From assembly GCA_043228905.1 (NCBI GenBank), contig JBHGNT010000012.1, forward strand, positions 4,774,001 to 4,838,000: a DNA stretch of 64,000 nucleotides. Direction: 5' to 3'. Source of the DNA: Azolla caroliniana. Lineage: Eukaryota; Plantae; Polypodiophyta. The stretch's first letter is position 1. Every line of letters begins with the position of its first letter. The translations under genes and the position numbers were made by a program. This document shows, piece by piece, positions 24,590 through 32,980 of this stretch. Below the pieces are notes generated by a model. That model was given only the letters and a program-made list of their open reading frames with translations. It made no database searches and was not told where the DNA came from.

Positions 24590-25270
24590 ACCATCGTCCT
24601 TTGCCATCGTGTCTTCTAAATCAATATCCAAACTTTTATATGCATCATTAATATCCTTGAGTATAGAAACGTCTACAATATTGAGTAAATCCAACCAAGA
24701 TCTTATGCACGTCTCCGCCTTAAAAGTGCATTAATGCAGTCAGAACATATCTTCAAAGTTATAACAAGCTTTGGAGTTAACTTCCTCTAAAGACAACGAT
24801 GAAGTAGGTATTGCCAAATAATTTCATGCCATCTTGTGCATCCATAGTAAAGTGGATCTGTTTCAAACCATTAAACTAGATCATATCAACAAATGTATTT
24901 ATTAATAACCAACAATATCAATAAATGTGTTTAATAAAACATGATGTAATATTTGATGAAACTTGTCAGTAAACCCTGTATCGAAGAGGGTCAATGTCAG
25001 TCTTTAATCTTGGAAGCTTTAAGAAATCTTAAAATTCTAACCCAATTGATGTTTCATGGGATTTCTCGTTGATGCCTAACATTTTCCAAAATTCCAAATG
25101 TTCAAACTGAAAATTCTATTTGTCATTGGATGGACAATCATGGACATCATGTTCGTGTTCAAAATGAAATAGAGGTCTCCCTCTAAAAGACCTTATCTTT
25201 GTAGGTGTTTCTAATAATCAAAGTTCCTCCATACAAAAGCTATATCTATGGTGTTTAATTTTGACCATGG
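24590..25270 (-). mobile_element. hAT transposase remnant (C-terminal dimerisation domain)
   Basis: Minus strand 24890-24680 reads DLV*WF..MHKMA*NYLAIPTSSLSLEEVNS..FKAETCIRSWL, matching the hAT dimerisation consensus MARDYLAIPASS..SE. Outer limits approximate. Confidence 0.7.
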
Positions 25271-28270
25271 TGTAGGTTCTACATCTCAAAAATATGGAGA
25301 TTTCAAAAGTCCTTTGCTCTTTGCATTTGGGCATTGTGTGTGTGTGCCGAGTCTCAAAAATATGGAGATTTTGAGAAAAAGGAATTCCAACAGACTATGC
25401 AAAAATAGTAGAACAACAGTTCGATCGAGACACCCTTGTCCATGACATCTATGTGCTTCTCACTGCTAAAGTAGGCTAACTATTTAAAAATCTCATTTGG
25501 TTCTTGTTAAAGACTTTTTTGCCAATTTTCTTCACATTCATTTCCATCCTTTTCTATCATGAAAGTGTATTGATTTTAGAAACTCATTGTTTTCCTCTTT
25601 TCTTTAAATCTAATTGTGAGTGCGCATTATCACAAACCGCATCCATTCATGTTTTGATGTGTTTTTTTTGCATCCTTTTTAATAGTATATTAGCACGGCA
25701 AATGTGCAATACCCAGATTAGGATTGATACCATCTTGTCACATTAATCGAAACCACGACAGTGTGGATGTGTGATATTCCTATGATATATATGCATATAC
25801 GCTATCCTATGATTTGTGAATCTATAGGCAAGAAAAAAAAACGCTAACTAGCCTACCATGCTTTGCGCATGTTGCTTTGCCATATAATATTTGCCACTAG
25901 TGCCACCCCGGCCTGAGGATTTAGTTTGTCCCTTGGGGGCATGTAGTTGGTCTACCCATCCCACACCCCGGTTCCAATGTGAGCCGACTTGTAATGTCAT
26001 GATACATTGTCTTAATGTATTGGAAGTTGAAAACTTTAAAAATGTGATTGAAAATAGAAGTAAAATAACAATAAGGTAAAAAATAAGAGTTTAGTATTCA
26101 ATAGTTTTCTTATGCCTCATTTATGTGAAGTATGAGGAACTTATTGGAAAATTAATTTCTCATTCGAAACATTTGGAAACTTCAAGAGTTTTAATAAACG
26201 GATGCTTGATGTTTTCGAAAGTTACTCTAGAGTCCAAATTTCTAATAAAATAGGAGAAGTGTGAATATTCCATCCACCTCACTACATTAGTATACATAGC
26301 TCTTATGGTAGTAGTTGTTACAACAATACCTTAACCATGTCTAATGCAATAAAGAAGACTACACTATTTCTACCAGTGTGCAATTACACTCTGTGATAGT
26401 ACTTCTAATAAAATTGCATGGCAACTATGAGTGAATAAATGCTTAAACCATATTGATTTGAATCTAGTTGTGGATTGTTATAGGGTAATTATAGAGGTTG
26501 AGCTTGCTTCAAATGATGGATGATGTAAATCGAACGTGAGGGTTGTGGGTGAAGAGGGAAAATAATATAGAGTGGAGATCCCCACAATACATAATTCAAT
26601 TATTACAAAAATGGTTATAGACTTTCAATTGGCGCAATCAAAGGATTTGTGGATTATGTAATAATGATAGAATTGGCAACAATAATGAGAGTTTTCATAA
26701 CAATAACAATGAAACTGGGATGTCCAGACCATTTGGTGGTATCAATCAACACAAAGAATTTCAGAGGTTGCACAAGTTAATCTATCAAGGCCATTCTTGG
26801 AAGAGGGGGCGTCAAATGCTTTGACGATCGTAAGTTGTGTTTGAAGGGCATGTTGAGAATCAAACTCAAATTCCTGTGTGTGGGAACACACTCTAGGATA
26901 CTCTAAGTGTGTGACCATCTCACCTCCTTGTATAGTAACTAGTGTGTCATAGAAGTTAATATCCTATGACACATATTCTTTAAGTACTTAAGACTTGACC
27001 TCTTTCTCAAGAGGCAACTCTAGTGAGAGAACCTAGAGAGAAGGTGACTACATAAGAACCTTCTCCTTCTCTTTGTGATTTGTTGACTTATTCTTGCTCC
27101 TTGTTAATATTATTTTCTGTAACTCTTGAGCTCTCTCTCTCACTCTATCTCTCCACACACACACACACAATATTCTTGTCCTACACAAAATCGTCACCGA
27201 TTCTTTACATGGTATCAGAGCGCTTAGTAGCTTGATCCAAGCCCATTGCCTCTACGAGTGTTGTGCCCAAACCCGTGTTCGGAAAGAACCGATTGATCGT
27301 TGTAGTAGCAATTTGCACAATTCGTATCAAAGAGAAGAAGAAGAAGAAGCTCGACATGAACACTCAGATGCGAAGCGCTCTTTCTACCAAGAAACTCGAT
27401 AGAAACAACTTTGCATCTTGGGAGTACAAGATGCGCCAATACCTTGTTGGCCAAGGCTATTGGAGTTATGTCAAAGCAGCAAACGAAAATAAACCCAACC
27501 CAACACATGCAGACTACCCAGATTGGGCGCAAGCGGCGAGTCGTGTGTTGTATTGTCTTGCATCTTGCGTCCATGATCACATGCTCGATTACATCTAAGA
27601 GTCCAAAACACTGAAGGAGGCATGGGGGAACCTCAAGAAAATATTCACGGCCAACACGATCGCAGGAAAGCTTCGACTTTGTCATCAAGAGTTGAACGGT
27701 ATACAACAGAGGGACATGTCAATCGGTAGCTACACCGTGAAGATCAACGAACTGTGAGATGCCCGCGAGTCGATCAATGTTAGCATTGGCGACAATGATA
27801 TGGTGTAGATTTGCCTCAGAGGCTTAGCACCTCGGTTCTGTCAGGAATAGTACTAAAACAGAGATGGAATTAGTACTAAGAAGAGTAGTACTATTAGTAC
27901 TAAGAGAACGGGACTGCGTAAGATTCCCGAGAGAGAGGAAGTGAGAAGAGGAGAGAGAGGGAAATAGGATGATGACAGCAGCTCTTATATTATATGAAAG
28001 ATAAGTACAAATCGACTAAGAGGCTTAAGACTGGTGTTGAACCAATTTGGTTCAAAACAATGCCTTGTGCCTCCTTTTATAGTGTTTTTAGGAATAATCT
28101 TGAAGCTTCTAGAATGTTCCAGAGAGATCTGGAATATACATCAATTTTCTATGATAAAGTATAAATGAAAATAATATCCTACAAAATACAATTCCTAATC
28201 TAATGGTAAGAGCTCGACCCATGTAGCATAAAGTCATGGGTTCGAGTCTTGCCATGACACTATCTCCCCC

Positions 28271-28597
28271 TTAAAGACGACGAGTGGAACGAGTCGGCGC
28301 TAACTGCGGACCGGGTTTGTCCGGATACTTTCGGTGGAAATCAGCAAGAAGATCTTGTGCATTGGCAACATTCTCGACGGGTTCCCAAGTACGTTCGCTC
28401 GGACTATAACCGAGCCAATCGACCAAGTAATAAAGTTTGTTGCGAACAAGTTTGGAATCGAGGATGGCAGCAACTTCATATTCCGGGCCGGCGTCCAACT
28501 CCAGCGGGGGCGGCGGTGGTGTCACACGATCGGGAATGGTGTTTGCTTTATAAGGTTCAAGAAGAGAACAATGGAAAACCGGATGTATCTGAAGCTG
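28271..28597 (-). pseudogene. Integrase C-terminus with chromodomain, frameshifted off pol
   Basis: QIHPVFHCSLLEPY...EYEVAAILDSKLVRNKLYYLVDWLGYSPSERTWEP is a classical chromodomain, separated from pol by a short deletion near 28597. Confidence 0.88.
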
Positions 28598-31299
28598 CGG
28601 AAGGTGACATCATTAATCTTCCCCGTAATACGGAAAGGACCGAGTCGTCGATAATCCAACTTGTCGCACGGTCGAGTAGTCTTGATGTGACGACGTAAGA
28701 GCCATACTCGATCTCCGATGGCAAAAGAGGAGGGAATCCGATGACGATCCGCATAAGTCTTCTGTGTGTGTTGAGCATGACGAAGGTGAGTAGAGAGATC
28801 CATCTGGATCTTGCGTAGCCTCTCCAAATGGTCCTCGGCACGAAGGTTGGTAGGTAGCTCCGGAGTGTCGATCACCGACCAGCGAGGATGGAAACCGGTA
28901 TAAGCGAAAAATGGGGAGACCCGAGTCGAGGAGTGAATAGCATTATTATACGCAAACTCCGCAAAGTGGAGAATCTCGACCCAATCGTCCTGTTGATAAC
29001 TCAGGAAACACCGGAGATATTGCTCCAACGTTTGGTTTGTTCGTTCCGCCTGTCCGTCAGTTTGAGGATGGTAGCCGGAGGAGAGGTTGCAGGAGACCTT
29101 GAGCATCTTGAAGAGATGCTGCCAAAATTTGGAGACAAATTGCGGGCCTCGGTCATTGATAATACTGTCTGGTAGGCCATGATGCCGAAATACCTCACAC
29201 ATAACAAGAGCGGCGGTTTCCTCGCTAGTGATGGCTTTAGTACATGGCACAAAATGTGCCATCTTCGTATATCGATCGACGACGGTTAGGATAGCATCGA
29301 ACCCCTTCGAGACCGGCAGATCTGTAATAAAATCAAGACAAATAGACTGCCATGGCTTACTTGGGATTGGTAAAGGTTCCAACAAGCCATATGGATGGTG
29401 TCGTGGCATCTTTGCTCGGCAGCAAGCATCACAGGTCCGAACGTAGTCGTCAACAAAACGGCGCATGTGGGGCCACCAAAAAGATCGCTGCACTAACTCC
29501 AACGTCTTGGTACTACCGAAATGTCCCGCCGTATGGGTGTCGTGACAATGTTGGACGATTTGAAGGCGACAGGAGCAATCGGGGACATATACGCGCTTTT
29601 TAAAGAATAACAAACCATCATGATATTCGAATTGTCGGTAGTCAATACCTGGTTGTTGAGACTGAGAACAGGATGCCCGAGAAGTATCAATGTGCGCCAG
29701 GATGTCTTGAGCAAAACTATCCGTCTTCAAGGTTGCACGTATGTCATCGGTAATCCGTGAATCCATCGGGGTGTGAAAAATCCGCGTCGTGTGCAATCGT
29801 GTTGGTCCCAAGATTACTTGCTTTTGATTATCAAATGTTGCGTCACCAGGACGAGGTGCAAGATATGAACGTCGTGATAGTGCATCTGCTTTTCCTTGCT
29901 GCTTCCCCGGTCGATATGTGATTTCGAAGTTGAAACGCGTGAGGAATTGCGCCCACCGAGCTTGCCGTCGATTTAGTACGCGAGCGTTCTGAAAATAAGC
30001 AAGATTTTTATGATCGCTAAAGACAATGACCTGATGTGGAGAGCCCTCTAAGAAATGCCGCCATTGTACAAATGAATCCACGATGGCTAATAACTCCTTG
30101 TCATGTATTTCGTAGTTGATTTCGGCGACATTGAATTTGCGCGAATGGAAAGCCACCGGATGCAACTCTTCTTTATCGCCTTGTTGAGAAAGGATGCTAC
30201 CGAGGGCGAAATCTGATGCGTCGGCCTCCATGATGAATGGTTTGCTTGTATCCACATGAGCTAGAATCGGTGCTGATGTAAAGGCTTTCTTAAGATGCCG
30301 AAAAGCCATATCTGCTTCGATGGACCAAAGAAATGCTTGGCCCTTCTTCGTAAGTTGTGTGAGAGGTAAAATAATCTTCGAGTAATCCTGTATAAACTTA
30401 CGGTAGAAGTTAGCAAAGCCTAGAAAACATTGTACATCTCGTACCGACCGTGGAATTTGCCACTCTAGTACAGTTTGGATTTTAGCTAGATCCATGGCGA
30501 TGCCCTTTGAGGAGATAACGTAGCCTAGAAATTCCACTTGTTTGCAGTCAAAGCTACATTTCTCTAGCTTGGCATAAAGACCATTCTCGCGGAGTCGCTT
30601 TAGTACTAATAGTACATGAGAATCGTGCTCTTCCTGGGTCTTCGAATAAATCAACAGATCATCCAGATAAATGATCAAACAGATATCCAAGAGGTCTCTG
30701 AATATATCATTTGCCATGTGTTGGAAGACTGCGGGTGCATTGGTTAGGCCAAACGGCATAACAGTATACTCGAAATGCCCATACCGCGTGCGAAAAGCGG
30801 TCTTCCACTCATCTCCCGGTTGGATCCGCACGAGATTATACGCTCCTCGTAGGTCGATTTTAGTAAAAAACTTGGCACCATTAACTCGCTCTAAAAGACT
30901 TGATATAAGAGGAAGTGCATACCTATTCCGGATGGTGACTTTATTTAATCCGCGGTAATCAACGACAAGACGAAGTGAGCCATCTTTCTTCTTGACAAAG
31001 AAGATGGGTGCACCGGCCGGAGATTTCGAATGACGGATGAACCCGCTTGCCAAGTTCTCCTCTATGTAGGCTCGAAGGACTTCTAACTCGGTGGGTGACA
31101 AGTTGTAAATTGGTCCCCATGGTGGCTCGGTTCCTGGTTGTAAATCGATGGGACAGTCATAGGGACGGTGATGAGGAAGGGTACCGGCTTTTACCTTGTC
31201 AAATACATCGGCATAAGGATGATATTTTGCCGGAAGTTGTATTGAGGAGTCCTTCTTAATAGTGCTAGAAGGATGTACTGATATGGCAAATAGGAACAT
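28522..31299 (-). CDS. Pol ORF fragment (RT-RNaseH-integrase), 925 aa open
   Basis: RT LVVDYRGLN, KIDLRGAYN, YLDD; RH EADASD; IN HHCC zinc finger and LDF/DRG/GQAER catalytic triad. The C-terminus runs out of frame after DVTFR. Confidence 0.9.
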   Translation of the reverse strand: MFLFAISVHPSSTIKKDSSIQLPAKYHPYADVFDKVKAGTLPHHRPYDCPIDLQPGTEPPWGPIYNLSPTELEVLRAYIEENLASGFIRHSKSPAGAPIFFVKKKDGSLRLVVDYRGLNKVTIRNRYALPLISSLLERVNGAKFFTKIDLRGAYNLVRIQPGDEWKTAFRTRYGHFEYTVMPFGLTNAPAVFQHMANDIFRDLLDICLIIYLDDLLIYSKTQEEHDSHVLLVLKRLRENGLYAKLEKCSFDCKQVEFLGYVISSKGIAMDLAKIQTVLEWQIPRSVRDVQCFLGFANFYRKFIQDYSKIILPLTQLTKKGQAFLWSIEADMAFRHLKKAFTSAPILAHVDTSKPFIMEADASDFALGSILSQQGDKEELHPVAFHSRKFNVAEINYEIHDKELLAIVDSFVQWRHFLEGSPHQVIVFSDHKNLAYFQNARVLNRRQARWAQFLTRFNFEITYRPGKQQGKADALSRRSYLAPRPGDATFDNQKQVILGPTRLHTTRIFHTPMDSRITDDIRATLKTDSFAQDILAHIDTSRASCSQSQQPGIDYRQFEYHDGLLFFKKRVYVPDCSCRLQIVQHCHDTHTAGHFGSTKTLELVQRSFWWPHMRRFVDDYVRTCDACCRAKMPRHHPYGLLEPLPIPSKPWQSICLDFITDLPVSKGFDAILTVVDRYTKMAHFVPCTKAITSEETAALVMCEVFRHHGLPDSIINDRGPQFVSKFWQHLFKMLKVSCNLSSGYHPQTDGQAERTNQTLEQYLRCFLSYQQDDWVEILHFAEFAYNNAIHSSTRVSPFFAYTGFHPRWSVIDTPELPTNLRAEDHLERLRKIQMDLSTHLRHAQHTQKTYADRHRIPSSFAIGDRVWLLRRHIKTTRPCDKLDYRRLGPFRITGKINDVTFRSFRYIRFSIVLFLNLIKQTPFPIV

Positions 31300-31835
31300 T
31301 GCCTCCTTGGGTCCTTCTTCGCGTAGTTGATGGAGTGAAATGGTCGAAACTCGGTGAGTTGATTCTTGGGGTGGTCGATATCAGACTTCTTTTGTTCTCC
31401 AATCTATGGCTGGATTATGTAATTCAAGCCAAGGTAATCCTAGGACAATGGATGCTCTGGACTACTAATTATATTAAATGATATTATACACACAAAACTA
31501 CCTAGGACAACTTGAATGGGTTCTGATTCTTCTACAATATTCCCGGAAGCAATGGGACGACCATCAATGACCACTACAGATGCGGGACAAGGAAGTTTTC
31601 TTAAGGATATCTGAGAAGCTTGGGCAAAATTTCGATCCATGAAACAGGAATTAGCTCAGGAATCTAAAAGTGCTAGGACGGGTACTGGGGGAGTACTTTT
31701 AGTACTAACAATGACTTGGGCTAGGAACACATTGCTAACTTACTTGGAAGGAATGGAACCACTAATGGGCTGTACAGATCTAGGGCTGCTGTCCAACCAA
31801 ATGGCTCCTATTTTGGCTGGACTCAATTGTTTAAC
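31300..31835 (-). pseudogene. Disrupted aspartic protease region of pol
   Basis: Lies in the -1 frame relative to gag. Lesions: TAA at 31740-31742, ALLDS*ANSCF (active-site DSG to DS-stop), a 1-nt deletion near 31451 in HP/IVLGLPWLELHNP, and TGA at 31381-31383. Confidence 0.85.
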
Positions 31836-32980
31836 TCTTCATCTAATTGACTAAGGATTTCAAATTTATTTGAGATACTTGGGCTATTAGTACTATGAAT
31901 ACTATCTGACACTCTATTAGTACTATTAATACTATCAGACACTCCAAAGGGAAGAATTGACTCGGGTTTAGTACAGGCGACGATTTGATTTACCTGTCTT
32001 CTTGGCCTATGGGGACAATTGATGGCGATATGTCCTGGTCCACCGCAATAAAGACATAATCGATTGGCACGTCGTCGTTGCTTTTCTTCTTCCGATAACG
32101 GGCCGCGTCGACGCATGGTATCGATCTCCATCGGTGTCGAAGTATTTGCTTGAGGTGTGTCTCGTGCAAACGGTTTAGCCGCGACTGCGGCGTAAGTGGG
32201 CTCTGGCCTAGAGCGTGGTATCTGTAATTGACGTTCTGAACGCCGTTCAAAAAGGCGGTTGTCACATCGAACTGCTCGACTGATTGCCTCCGTAAGAGAC
32301 TTTGGTTCTTCGGGGAAAGTTAGAAGTAGATCTTTGACATCGTTTCGCAAGCCATAGCGAAACTGCTCCATTAGTGCTTGATCATCCCAGGGTATATCTG
32401 AAGCAAGTAGGCGGAAATCCGCCGCGTAGGCAGAGGCTGGACGATCGCCTTGACGCAATCGCCGGATCTTGTTGATCGTCGTCCTGATGCTGTCGGTGTC
32501 TCCAAAGCAGGCTTTAAACTCACCAATAAAATCTTCAAAGTTATTAAGTAAGGGTGATTGTTTTTCTAGAAGCGGAGCAAACCATGCCAAGGCTGAGCCG
32601 CTAAGTAGCGTGCCTATTAGGCCGACTCGAGATGCATCAGTGGGATATCGGGAAGGATGCATCTGGATGACTAAGCGTACCTGATTAAGGAATCCCCGGA
32701 ATTGCGAACGCGTTCCATCAAACTTCACAGGAAGTCCAATCTTGGGCTCTTTATGAAATCCTTGGGGACTGGATCCTTGTTGTTGCAACGTTGCTTCGAG
32801 TTGTTGTACCCGTAACGCTAACTCCCCATGTTGTTGTTGCGTTTGTTGTTTTTCTAGAGCGATTTGTTGCAAATCCCCTATCAGCCGTTGGTTTTCTTGT
32901 TCCAGGGCAACAAATTTTTCTTTTAAGCACCGTATCTCGGAGAAAACGGATTGGTATTCTTGGGCGCTAACAGTAGCCAT
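31823..32980 (-). CDS. Ty3/gypsy Gag, 385 aa, intact
   Basis: Coiled-coil N-terminus, capsid motifs PVKFDGTRSQFRGFL and LLSGSALAWF, LRQG..ASAYAADFR, and the CCHC knuckle CLYCGGPGHIAINC. Confidence 0.92.
   Translation of the reverse strand: MATVSAQEYQSVFSEIRCLKEKFVALEQENQRLIGDLQQIALEKQQTQQQHGELALRVQQLEATLQQQGSSPQGFHKEPKIGLPVKFDGTRSQFRGFLNQVRLVIQMHPSRYPTDASRVGLIGTLLSGSALAWFAPLLEKQSPLLNNFEDFIGEFKACFGDTDSIRTTINKIRRLRQGDRPASAYAADFRLLASDIPWDDQALMEQFRYGLRNDVKDLLLTFPEEPKSLTEAISRAVRCDNRLFERRSERQLQIPRSRPEPTYAAVAAKPFARDTPQANTSTPMEIDTMRRRGPLSEEEKQRRRANRLCLYCGGPGHIAINCPHRPRRQVNQIVACTKPESILPFGVSDSINSTNRVSDSIHSTNSPSISNKFEILSQLDEELNN

Noticed and set aside
28334-30958. Plus-strand ORFs overlapping the gypsy pol
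   Set aside because: Antisense shadows of a long coding frame with no independent motifs.
31823-32980. Domesticated PEG10/Arc-like gag gene
   Set aside because: It lies between apparently identical LTRs with a perfect TSD, so it is a young transposon rather than a host gene.
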